DNA of 64,000 bases from Opitutales bacterium. Its GTDB lineage: Bacteria > Verrucomicrobiota > Verrucomicrobiia > Opitutales > UBA2987. The stretch's first letter is position 1; each line of letters begins with the position of its first letter. The translations under genes were made by a program, and so were the position numbers. Location of the stretch: NCBI GenBank assembly GCA_965226885.1, contig CBDDEL010000014.1:160001-224000 (forward strand), written 5' to 3'. The notes beneath the pieces are model-generated. The model had not been told where the DNA came from and ran no database searches. It worked only from the letters and a program-made list of their open reading frames with translations. Below are positions 29,679-40,460 of this stretch, one piece after another.

Positions 29679-31754
29679 TTAAAAACTCAATAGATTTATG
29701 CGGATATTGAAACCAAAATCGTCCTCGCGAACGCTGCCCTGGTGGAAGACAAGCTGGTATTCGATGTCCCAGGTATTGGCGATGCGCTGGCGGATGGCGT
29801 AAATCTGCTCCGTCAAATCGTTTCGCCGGGTGTCGATTCGCCAACGGCTGCGAAAGGCCCATCGCTCGTTGAATTTATAGAAAAAATCGATGTCGTATTG
29901 TTCGATCTGTCTTTGCAGGTTGTTCGTCTCGAATGATAATTGCCAGGTATCGCCATCGCTGAGCCGAAACCGGGTGCGGGTCTCTTGCAGGGTGAGCTGC
30001 TCCGTGTCTATTTTACTATAGAGGCCGAAACTGAACCAGTTGAACGGATGGATATTCATTTGGGCGAAAAAATAGGACCATTCATCCTCTCCTTTTTCCG
30101 CCGAAAACAGAATGTCCTGATAAAAGTTAAGTTCCGCCAGATTCCGCGAACCATATTCGTCATCCCGTGTTTGCAGGAGGTTTTCGATCCCGAGACGGAC
30201 CACGTTGAGATCGCTCAGGTCATCGGTATTGCGGATATTGGCCAGGCTGATGGGTGGCAGGCTGGTATTGAATACCTCGCGGTCGATGGGTATGATCTCC
30301 CTGCGGCCGCTGCTTCCCCCCGGCAGGTAACGCCAGCGGACGACCGGTTTTATGAGGTGGCGCAATCCGTCGATACCCAAAATTTTATTTTGATAATCCC
30401 AGGTGGCATGCGCCAGGATTTCCACATCCAGGCCCAATTCGCCCATTACCCTGGTGAAGGAACCGCCGCTCCCCAAGGTGTTCGTGTAATGAGTCACACG
30501 GGCGCTTGCCACCGGCAGCAGGTGCAGCCATTTACGTACTTCGATGGGGTTGTAGAGGGTGTAAAAGAAATCAAGACGGTCGCTTTCACGCTCCGGCTGC
30601 AGGTTAAAGGCATCCTCTTGCAGACGCACGTAGGAAGCGCTCAAACTTTGGTAAACCCCCGATTGGAGAATTGGCGAGGGCATCCAGTCGAAGCGAATTT
30701 CCGGCAGCCTTTCCTGTATGTTTTGAAAATTGTTGGGCCCAAATCGGACAAATCCAGTGAGGAAAAAATTTTCACCCCGGTAAATGGTTTCCACAAAGTT
30801 GTCCGGTTTCTGATGGTCCCGGAATCGATCCGGCCGGAAATCCCGTACCACCTCCGAATCACTCCAGGCATGGATGGAGGCATTTACGGATAAATGCTCA
30901 CCGGTTTCTTGCCGGTGGCGGATCGTGATAAAATAACGATCTTTATTGATGGGTTTTCTCAGAAGGTCCCGGCCGCGTTGGCCGCTGTCCGAAATAAATC
31001 CGCTTTCGAATTGGAAAATCGCCTGGTTGTCCGGTTCTCTCAACTTCCACTCGAGGGCAGGACCGATGAGCAATCCCCGTGCCGTGTAAGCATCGATAAC
31101 GGTGCCCGCCCGCCAGTTTTCGGTCAACGGAAAGAGACTGTTGGTGCGGAAATAGGCGCCCAAGTTGTCCCGGTAGCCCAGCTTGGCGGTGAGCAATACA
31201 GCCAGGCTTTCGACGCTTTGCCTGTAGCGCGGCAGTTTGAATATGGGGAAATTACCGATGCGGAAGGTGACATTTTCCGCCTCGATGCGATCCTTAGGAT
31301 AGACGGTGGCTTGGGCCGCCCGGATGTTGAGCCCGACAGGTGAAGGTTCGCCAAAATAGATCGTGACCCCTTGGGCCGTGAATTTATCGATTGTACCGCT
31401 AAAGCCGTCTCCTTCGGCAAAAATGGGAGGCGAACCCAGGCGGAAAGCTTCCGAGCTGGTCTTTCGGCTTTTCACCTCATAAATCAGCCCGCGGCCGACC
31501 AGCCGGAAATCGCCATAATGCATACGCGCATCTCCCACCGCCATAGCCTTATTCTGCTCGTCAAAGTAACGAATTTCGTCGGCCACAACCGTCAAACCCT
31601 GGTGAGTCAAGGTGGCATTACCCCGGGCAATCGTGCTTTTGGAAGCGATGTCGAATACGATTGCCTGGTCGGAACTCAATTGGGGGGCTGGGTCCGGGGC
31701 TTGTGCGGCCATTAAAAGATAGGCCAGGGCTGATAAATTTAATCCCGAGAACAC
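29679..31754 (-). CDS. lptD: LPS-assembly protein LptD-like outer-membrane barrel
   Basis: OstA-like N-terminus (ARGNATL...ADEI), ERLPE motif, C-terminal Phe. Confidence 0.75.
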   Translation of the reverse strand: MFSGLNLSALAYLLMAAQAPDPAPQLSSDQAIVFDIASKSTIARGNATLTHQGLTVVADEIRYFDEQNKAMAVGDARMHYGDFRLVGRGLIYEVKSRKTSSEAFRLGSPPIFAEGDGFSGTIDKFTAQGVTIYFGEPSPVGLNIRAAQATVYPKDRIEAENVTFRIGNFPIFKLPRYRQSVESLAVLLTAKLGYRDNLGAYFRTNSLFPLTENWRAGTVIDAYTARGLLIGPALEWKLREPDNQAIFQFESGFISDSGQRGRDLLRKPINKDRYFITIRHRQETGEHLSVNASIHAWSDSEVVRDFRPDRFRDHQKPDNFVETIYRGENFFLTGFVRFGPNNFQNIQERLPEIRFDWMPSPILQSGVYQSLSASYVRLQEDAFNLQPERESDRLDFFYTLYNPIEVRKWLHLLPVASARVTHYTNTLGSGGSFTRVMGELGLDVEILAHATWDYQNKILGIDGLRHLIKPVVRWRYLPGGSSGRREIIPIDREVFNTSLPPISLANIRNTDDLSDLNVVRLGIENLLQTRDDEYGSRNLAELNFYQDILFSAEKGEDEWSYFFAQMNIHPFNWFSFGLYSKIDTEQLTLQETRTRFRLSDGDTWQLSFETNNLQRQIEQYDIDFFYKFNERWAFRSRWRIDTRRNDLTEQIYAIRQRIANTWDIEYQLVFHQGSVREDDFGFNIRINLLSF

Positions 31755-31829
31755 GGAATTCGGACTATGCGGACCGGCATTTTAGGGCACAAGATAAATA
31801 TTGAAGGTGTCTACAAAAATACCAGCCAT

Positions 31830-34800
31830 TCATGCTTCCAGGATTTTTACGATACTGAGAACGTTTCGGTCACTTGCCCGATGATAGGATATTTCGTCCA
31901 CCAGATTTTTCACCACATGAATACCCAATCCGCCGATTTCCCGTTCCTCAATGGAAGTGGAGATATCCGGGGTTTCCGATAATAATGGGTTAAACGGAAC
32001 GCCGTCGTCAATAATGGTCAGTTCCAGTCGATTTCCATTCAATTCAGCCCTTAATTCAATGTCGTGGCTCAACTCGTCTTTGTAGGCATAAGTCATGATG
32101 TTGCTCAGCAATTCGTCGATGACGACATCGATCGATCTTGCCATGGATAATGAAATTGCATTTTGCTCGGCGAATTGATTGAAGCGTGATTTCAGGTTTT
32201 CCAACTCGGATAAGCGGTTTTTCAGGTTAACGCTGAAATGTGGCAAAACCGTCTCTACCTCGCTTCCGAGATACTCCAGACCCAGAACCGTAATATCGTC
32301 GGATTGAATCGCTTGTTCCTCGAATTTGTTTACCTCTGCAACGATCTCCGTTACGGTATCTTCAACCGAGAGGGAGGGTTTTTCCACAAGTGAACTGATC
32401 AATCTCTGTTCGGTATAAAGTTCATCGTTATGATCCATGGCCTCCGTTACGCCGTCCGTGTAAAGGAAAAGCAAGTCGTGTTTGCCGAGCTTTAAATTCG
32501 ATTCGCCGTAGGCCATACCCTCGACCGCTCCAACCACAGGGCCATGAAGCTCATCGATGCGTTCGATGGCGCCGTTGGCACGCCTCAAGGCGGGAGGGTT
32601 GTGGCCCGCGTTGGTGTAGGTGACTTTCCCCGAATCGACCTCCAGGATGCCCACGAAGAGGGTAACGAACATGCAGGTTTTATTATCCTGGCTGAGCGCT
32701 TCATTGACATGGGTTAGGATGCTCGCGGTCGAGTGAACATCATGCGCCCAGGACTGAATGAGGGTTTTCGTCATGGCCATAAAGAGGGCGGCGGGAACGC
32801 CTTTACCGGAAACATCGCCGATGCAGAAACAGATTTTGTTATCGTTGAGAAAGTAGAAATCGCAAAAATCTCCCGCTACTTCGTTGGCCGGCTGCAGCAT
32901 GGCGTAAATGGAGAACTCATCGCGGTCCGGAAAGGCGGGAAAAGTCCGCGGAATCATGCTCATCTGAATTTCTCTGCCGATGTTCAACTCTTCCTCCATG
33001 CGGTCCTTGCTTTCCTTGATGATTCCGTAGGCATCGTTCAATTTAGCGTTGGCGGTGGCGATTTTGATACGGCCTCTGATAAACATGCCCGTCAACCCGA
33101 GGATCAGGATTATGGCCAGACTGTTTCCGAATCTGGCTTGCCGGCGATACCCGCGCATCAATTCGTGGGCTTCGGTCGCCTCCATCTCGGTTGCCAGGCC
33201 GAACCCAAAACGCTCATTCCAGGTCCAGGTACCGATCACCGGAATTCCCCGATAGTTGTTATAGCTGTCGAGATTGGTGCCGTTGCTTCCCGCGATGGCT
33301 CTGTGGGCCATTTGCGTGAGAGGCCATGCGCTTTTATCTTGAGTGGGCTTAAACCCGTCCGCCAAGCTGCCTCCCGGATCACGGATTTCGATGTTGAGGA
33401 TTTCCGATTCGTCTTCACCAAGATAGCCGCTCTGACGCATAACTTCGTCGAAACGGCAATCGCTGAGGAGTTGTCCCGATTGATTGAAGGCGTAACTTTC
33501 TCCGGTTTCGCCGATGCGGCCACGCTGCAGGATGGAGGTCAGTTCACGCTCGGGCGAGACCCTGAATACGAGGACACCGATATTTCGGCCCTCGTCGTTT
33601 TGAATGGCCGCCCCCGCCAGGATTTCCCTGGAAAATGGATTTTCAATCCCGTTATTTTCATTTCCGGATTCATTCCCTGGGATGGATATGAAAGTGAAGA
33701 GGGGTGGCTTCGTAACCTGAGTAAGAAAACCGCTCGGCAGGAAGCCGGAAATATCCTTGCCCATGAGCGCATCCTCGTCACTGGAGAGGACTTTGCCATC
33801 CGGGGTTAAAAGCAGGTAGCCTTCATTGGAAAGAATAGGATTCAATAGGGCGTAGACCGGCTCGAAACCCGCCGCATGGCTTCTGGTTTGCAGCCAAGTT
33901 TTCAGGACGGGAGTGGCCGCCCATATCCGCATTTCCGATTCCAGATTCTGAAACCAATTTTCCAATGTAATTATGGAGTTGCGCATTACGGCTTGCAGCG
34001 TATTTCCGGTTTCCCGCCGCATATTGTCCATGTGATGCGTTTTCGTCCACCATGTGGTGCTCTGGATGGCCAGACAGGCGATGACGCCGTCCAAAGTGCC
34101 GATGGTAACGATTTTCCCCCGTCGAGGCCGGCTGTTTCCACTGTCAGGCCGTCCTCGGACGGAAGGGAAGATAATCGACGCTGGATTACGAGCAGAGAGA
34201 TTAAAATGAGCGCTACCGAAATGCTCATAATGGCCACGGCAACGGTGTTCAGTCTTTGGCCCCGTTTTTGCAGCCTGGAAACTTCCGCCGCCGTCCGTCT
34301 GTCGATATTAACCAGGAATTCCTCGATGGGTCCCATGATTTCAGCTTTGGCCGCCAGGTAATCGGCGGAATGCATAAGTTTGCGAGCGAGGTCCTGATCG
34401 GGTGCGCTTTTTATGGTATAATGGCCGTCTGCATCTGCAAAAATGCCGAGCATGGCATTCATGGCCCGCTCCTCAAATTCGATCAGGGTGTCGGAACGTA
34501 TCTTGGATTGATGCAGCAACTCAAAATCGTCTTTCGTGAAATGCATGGCCCGCATGAGAGATTCCAATGCCACGGGCGCCCCAGGCGGATGTGGATCTTT
34601 TCCGGTTGCGGCTACAAAATCCCAATAGATTCTGTCATAGTGAACCGGGCGTGGCGCCTCGCCGTCGCGAATGGCCCTGATTTTTTCGAAATAGTCTCTA
34701 AATCTGGGGTCGGCTGTATTAACGTAGAGCCGGGCCATTTGGGTTAAATCATCAGAGCTTTGGCGCAGTTCGTCGGCCAGTTTGTAGGAATTGTAGCGGC

Positions 34801-34921
34801 GTATTTCAGCCGGCCCGATCTCCTTCTGGCTTTGCACCGTGAGCCTTACGACATAAAGAGCCCCTCCGACCATCGCGAGGAGGGCCAGGAAGATCAACAT
34901 GAGGCCTAATCTCAGGGTCAT
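31830..34921 (-). pseudogene. Membrane sensor with SpoIIE/PP2C phosphatase and RsbW-like HATPase, frameshifted near 34080-34100
   Basis: Split into ORFs 33986..34921 and 31830..34094. IGDVSGKG, YTDGVTEA, SDDIT, DELLSN, GGLGI motifs. Confidence 0.82.
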
Positions 34922-35175
34922 ATTTTCTCAGAATATACCAAGATTGTAATTGCTAAAATCGGTTTCATGGTTGTAATAGCTTCTGAATCCGATAAAGACT
35001 TTTGTTTTGATGAAAGCGAGTCGAATCGAACATTGAATAGATATAGTTACCGGCCAAACGTTATAATTAAGATTAGGAGAGAGGCAATCTAACGATTTAT
35101 GAAAATTACTAGCTCCACGGTGGAATCCATTTCGGTTTTGCGATTCGAGGGGAATCTCGATATGAATACGGCTAA

Positions 35176-36742
35176 CCCGGATATTTCGTAAAAAAAGTAT
35201 CGTTGATATGCTTAACTGCTGATATACAGCAGGATAGATCAATAATTAAAGCAATATCAGCGATGACAAAAGGTAAACAATTAAAGCTACAGTTGACAAG
35301 GGTAAAAGGCCGCCGTGTGCGGGTTGATTTCAAGGGCGGAGAGGTTACTTCGGATGCCGGACTGCTTTTGATCCGGGAAGTGGATCGGCAGTTGGGCTTG
35401 ACCGAACGAGCGGCCCGACAGTTAGTGGACAAACGGCAGAAGGGCAAAGTACGCCATGAGGTATTGGGGATGCTGCGGCAGCGCGTTTACGGGCTGGTGG
35501 CGGGCTATGAGGATTTGAACGACTTTGATACCCTGCGCCACGATCCATTGTTGCAAACGGTAACGGGGCGCATTGAAACGTTGGCCAGCGCGCCGACTTT
35601 GTGTCGTTTTGAAAACGGGCAGGATCGGCGGGCGGCCTTTGCGGTAAACGAGCTGTTGGTCGAACAGTTCATGGGCTCCTTTGCCGAGGAACCCGAAGAG
35701 ATCATCCTGGACTTTGACGCCACCGACAATCCGGTGCACGGGCTCCAGGAGGGACGTTTTTTCCACGGTTATTATGATCATTACTGTTTTCTGCCGCTAT
35801 ATGTTTTTTGCGGTGATCAGCTGCTGGTGGCCTACCTGCGGCCGAGCAAGATCGATGCCAGCAAGCATGCCGGGGCCATCCTCAAATTGCTGGTTAAACG
35901 GATTCGCCAAAGCTGGCCCCGTACGCGGATTATTTGGCGCGCCGACAGTGGATTTTGTCGAGACCGGATACTCTCTTGGTGCGACCGCAACGAAGTTAGT
36001 TACATCGTGGGGATGGCTCGCAATGCACGCTTGCAGCAAGACGCCCAGCAGTTGCAAAAGCAGGCCAAAGAATGGTTCGAACTAAGGGGTAAAAAACAAC
36101 GGTTATTCCAGGACTTCGTCTATGCTGCCGATTCGTGGCGATGGCTGCGGTTGGTCATCCATAAAGCCGAACACACCGCACAGGGGTCCAACCCGCGCTT
36201 CGTGGTGACGAACCTGCCGGGCGATCCCCAGGAGCTTTACGACAAGGTATACTGTGGCCGCGGTGAAATGGAGAACCGAATCAAGGAACAGATGCAATTG
36301 TTCAGCGAGCGCACCAGCGCCCATCAATGGTGGGCCAATCAGTGGCGATTGCTCTTGTCGGCGCTGGCCTACACCTTGATGGAAGCCATGCGCCGGTTAG
36401 CCTTAAAAGGGACGAAGTGGGCGCGGGCCCAATGCCACACCCTGCGGCTCAAATTAATCAAGATCGGAGCGGTCATCGTGCGCAACACCCGAACGATTCA
36501 CTTTCACCTAAGTGAGAGTTATCCTTGGGCCAGTCTTTTCAACCATGCGGCCCGCCGATTGGTGCCAACCTAAAGGGTGCATTGGTGCTGCCCCCGGCAC
36601 TACCGAACCAATGGGGGAAAGGGGGCAGTGTCTCTACACCCTGAAAAACACCTAAAAATCAAGACGATCTGCTCAAAATACAAAGAAATCCATCTCCAAT
36701 AGCAATAACGAGCCAAACTTTACCCTTCATGAAATATCCGGG
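35176..36742 (+). mobile_element. IS1380-family copy 3, intact (1567 bp)
   Basis: Both IRs present, CTAA duplication at 35172-35175 and 36743-36746, uninterrupted transposase. Confidence 0.94.
35263..36573 (+). CDS. IS1380-family transposase
   Basis: TSDAGLLL, LDFDATD, RADSGF, YCGRGEMENRIKE. Confidence 0.92.
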   Translation: MTKGKQLKLQLTRVKGRRVRVDFKGGEVTSDAGLLLIREVDRQLGLTERAARQLVDKRQKGKVRHEVLGMLRQRVYGLVAGYEDLNDFDTLRHDPLLQTVTGRIETLASAPTLCRFENGQDRRAAFAVNELLVEQFMGSFAEEPEEIILDFDATDNPVHGLQEGRFFHGYYDHYCFLPLYVFCGDQLLVAYLRPSKIDASKHAGAILKLLVKRIRQSWPRTRIIWRADSGFCRDRILSWCDRNEVSYIVGMARNARLQQDAQQLQKQAKEWFELRGKKQRLFQDFVYAADSWRWLRLVIHKAEHTAQGSNPRFVVTNLPGDPQELYDKVYCGRGEMENRIKEQMQLFSERTSAHQWWANQWRLLLSALAYTLMEAMRRLALKGTKWARAQCHTLRLKLIKIGAVIVRNTRTIHFHLSESYPWASLFNHAARRLVPT

Positions 36743-37975
36743 CTAAAGGCGCTCAGGAGAGTGCGGACAAGGTAATTGATGGCGGGGCGTTAAAGATAAT
36801 TATCAATTTTGACAAAGTTAATTTCGTGAGCAGTGCCGGGCTGAGGGTCTTGCTCTACACGGCCAAAAGAATGAAACATGCCGAGGGCGAATTGCGCATC
36901 TGCGGGTTGAATGATTCCGTGCAGGAAATTTACAAAATTACCGGTTTTGATAAAATATTTAATGTTCTCACCGACGAAATAGAAGCGCTGGCCAGTTTTT
37001 GATTTTTCGGTGTAGGCTCCATAGGAATTTTCCCCTTGACGGCTGGAATTTTTTGTTATTGCCCGTTACTATCAGTAGACCGTTTGCTGTGACGGTATAA
37101 TCAAAACCTCATCGCAATTTATACATTCTTTTATTTTCATTTGTAATGAACGGACTGTTTGCATGACAGTTCCGTGTTCCGATCGGGGTGAAAATTCAAG
37201 GAAAATCTCCACATACACCTTGCCCCCGGAACATCGTGAGCGGATCTCCAGGATTTGTTGGAAATCATCGAAATGAAGGGCCAGTTGACGAAGAATGAGC
37301 AATTGCGCCCGCTCTTCGATCGCACAATCGAGCAAGTCGCGCACGGAAAACCGAAACATCTTAGAGGCGCTGACAACAATGGTAAGCGCAATGACCATAG
37401 CTACCATCGGATCCACATAGCCGACCCAGGAATAATTGGGGAAAAAATAGGAGGCGCTGAGAGATCCGAACATGAGCACATTGGACCATAGCTTGACAGT
37501 GTATAAACGGCGCTGAGCAGTGACCAAAGCGGACTTTATCCGTTTTTCAATCCTCAGGGTTTTGACCAGCAGATTTCTGTTGATAAATCCTAAAATCAGG
37601 TGGACAGCCAAGCCGAAGCTTATTCCCATACCCTGTATGGGAATGGGATCGATCAACCGCAGCAGACCCGCCCCTGATATGCAGAGGAAGGAAACGCCCA
37701 TCAAGATAGACATGATCAGGCCGATAAGGCTCTCAATTTTCCCAAAACCGTAATTAAAGGAGTCCGACTTCTCCATTACGGTTTTTTTTGAACCCCACCA
37801 GGCAATAAACACTGCCAGTAAATCAAGCGACGATGCGATGACGCGAGCCCAGAGAGCAATGGAGTTGGCCGTCAGTGCGATGAAGAGGCCCAGCAAAAAT
37901 CCGACGATACCGGTTAAGAGCCCAAAGGCCGCGACGGAGGCACCGGTTTCGTTTTCTATCTTGCTGGATGAGGTA

Positions 37976-39300
37976 TGATGTGCACTGGAAAAAGTGGACA
38001 CGAGATTCTCCTAAATGGAGAATCGAAGCATGGGAAGAAGACGCAGTATAGAGTTCAAAAATGAGGCAGTTCAACTGATGATACTCGATGGTCTGAGCGC
38101 CACCGAGGTATCGACCAAACTTGGGGTCAACACCAACCAATTGTATAGGTGGAAGAGGCTCTATCTGGACGATCAGCAGGGCGAAGCCACCTCAAAGCGA
38201 CAGAGCAGTCCGAAGGAGATGGCGGCCGAGATAGATCGTCTTCGCAAAGAGCTGCGCCGCTCGGAGCGGATCAACCAGATACTAAAAAAAACGGTGGGCT
38301 ACTTTGCCAAGGACGAACAATGAAGTACCAGTTTGTCAAAGACAACGAGGGGCGCTTCAAGATCGAGGAAATATGCTCGGCGATGGGGATTTGTCGCAGT
38401 GGCTATTACTGCTGGAGGCACCGAGCGCCCTCGGCCCGGCGGATCGAGGACGAGGGAATCAAGGGGGCGATCCTGAAGGTACACAAAGAGGCCAAGGGCC
38501 GCTATGGGCATCGGCCAATGCACCGCCATCTGAAGGATGATGAGGGCATCGATTGCGGCCGTGACCGGGCTCTGCGTCTGATGCGTGAAATGGGAATCAA
38601 AAGCACCCAGAGTAAACGCTTTAAGCCATTAAAAACCAACAGTAACCATCCCTATGGTTACAGCCCCAATGTGCTTAAAAAGCATGGCCAGCCGACCCAT
38701 ATCGACGAGGTCTGGGTGGCGGACACGACCTACCTACGGACCCTGGCCGGTTGGATGTACTTGGCCACGGTGATGGACCTGTTCAGCCGACGCCTGCTGG
38801 GCTGGAGCGTTTCCAACCACAACGACGCGAAGCTGGTTGGCAAGGCCCTCAAAGCCGCGGCCATGACCCGCGGCACACTGCGCACCGGGATTATTCATCA
38901 CAGCGATCGGGGCAGCCCCTACGCCAGCGACGACTATCAGAGGCTGGTCTCTGAACTAGGCATGAAGCCGAGCATGAGCGCCCAAGGCAACTGCTACGAC
39001 AACGCGGCCATGGAATCGTTCTACGGCCGCTTCAAGACCAGCACGATTCGAGGCCGCCACTTTGCCGACGAGCGCGAACTGCGATCAACTGTCTTCGAAT
39101 ACGTGGAAATCTTCTACAACCGATATCGCAAACATTCCTCTCTGAGTTACCAAAGCCCAGTCCAATTCGAGGAAAATATTTGCCCCCCATGGGGGGCAAC
39201 GAGAAAACAAAACCCTTTACCAAAACAAGCCGCCTGACACACTAATCAATAAACAATGAATATAAGAGAATCCCGTGTCCAACAAATCCAGTACACGTCA
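37976..39300 (+). mobile_element. IS3-family element, intact (1325 bp)
   Basis: IRs TGATGTGCACTGGA...GGACACG and CGTGTCC...TCCAGTACACGTCA. 3-bp GTA duplication. Confidence 0.93.
38015..39237 (+). CDS. IS3 transposase OrfA (to 38323) / OrfB, -1 frameshift
   Basis: HTH OrfA. A8C run at 38284-38292. WVADTTY, HSDRGS, DNAAMES DDE motifs. Confidence 0.9.
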
Positions 39301-39325
39301 GTATGAGGGTCGTCTGCCTTTGCCA

Positions 39326-40290
39326 TTAATTCAAAAGAGTGTTCGAAGGCAGCGACGGAATGATGAGAACCTCATCGCAATGGATACGTTCCGATATTTT
39401 TTCTTGCAAGGACTGGATAGTCCCCAGCACCGCGCCGTGTTTTAAATGGGGAGAAAATTCCAGGAATATTTCCACATACACCTTACCACCGGAACATCGT
39501 GACCGTATCTCGAGAATTTGTTGGAAATCATCGAAATGAAGGGCCAATTCACGAAGAATGAGCAATTGTGCCCGCTCTTCGATCGCATAACCGAGCAAGT
39601 CTCGCACGGAATACCTAAACATCTTCGAGGCGCTGACAACGAGGCTGAGGCGCTGACAACGAGGCTTAAAGCTATCAAAACAGCGGTTATGGGATCGGAG
39701 TAAACGGCCCAGGCATAATCGCGTAAAAAATAGGATACACAAAGGGAGCTGAAGAGCAGCACATTGGCTCCGACCTTGATGGCATAAAGGCGGCGCTGTG
39801 CCGTCACCAAAGCGGTTTTTTCACTCCTTTCGAGCTTCAGGCTGGCTATCAACAATCTGCCATTAATGATTCCGAAGATGAGATGTATAGGTATGCCGAC
39901 CATTACTCCGAGGCCACTAATGGCTACCGGATCCTGAAATCGTATAATGGACGCCCCCGATATACAGAAAAAGGAAACCACCATGAGGGCCGCCATGGCC
40001 ATGCTGGTTAAGCTCTCGAACCGGCCGAAACCGTAATTAAAAATCTCCGTCTTACCCCTCTCGGTTTTCCTTAAACCCCACCAGGCGATAAACACCGCCA
40101 GGAAGTCAAGCAGCGTGGCGGTCGCGTCTGCCCACAGCGCGATTGAATTGGCTGTGATGGCCAGGAAAAAGCTCAGCAAGACCCCAAATACTCCCGATAC
40201 CACCCCCGATGCCGCTACCGAAGACCTTCCTTTGGAAGCGTTTTTCTTGTTGTTGGAAACGACGTGGTGTTTCTCCTGCTTCTCAGTCAT
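39326..40290 (-). pseudogene. CDF transporter paralog, frameshifted by a 20-bp duplication
   Basis: GAGGCGCTGACAACGAGGCT x2 at 39627-39666. FNYGFGRFES motif. Confidence 0.85.
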
Positions 40291-40460
40291 TTATAAATTC
40301 ACAGCCAAATAGTTTCAAAACGGTTTAAATAAATAATGATTGATAACCTGGTGGAAATCACAAGCGCAATGACCAATGGCTATTACAGCTTGGCAGAGGG
40401 CTGGTTTTCTGGTTTATAAATGCGCTTTTCCCGCTTAACCATTTAGGAGCAAGCAGTTTC

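Larger units (their letters stand above)
35099..37002 (+). pseudogene. STAS anti-sigma-factor antagonist interrupted by IS1380
   Basis: MKITSSTVESISVLRFEGNLDMNTA | KGAQESADKV...FVSSAGLRVLL...ITGFDKIF rejoins in frame across the CTAA duplication. Confidence 0.88.
37072..39326 (-). pseudogene. Cation diffusion facilitator (CDF) transporter, interrupted after codon 8 by IS3
   Basis: Native start MAKADDPH at 39326, body at 37072..37975. FNYGFGKIES and DLLD motifs. Confidence 0.82.

Noticed and set aside
32733..33809. 358-aa plus-strand ORF and similar long shadow ORFs (e.g. 29940..30893, 48151..48909)
   Set aside because: They are antisense to well-supported genes and have no recognisable motifs.
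22180..36742. Composite transposon bounded by IS1380 copies 2 and 3
   Set aside because: Each copy has its own target duplication, copy 3 splits a gene that rejoins cleanly, and the interval holds core genes (trxA, scpA, lptD).
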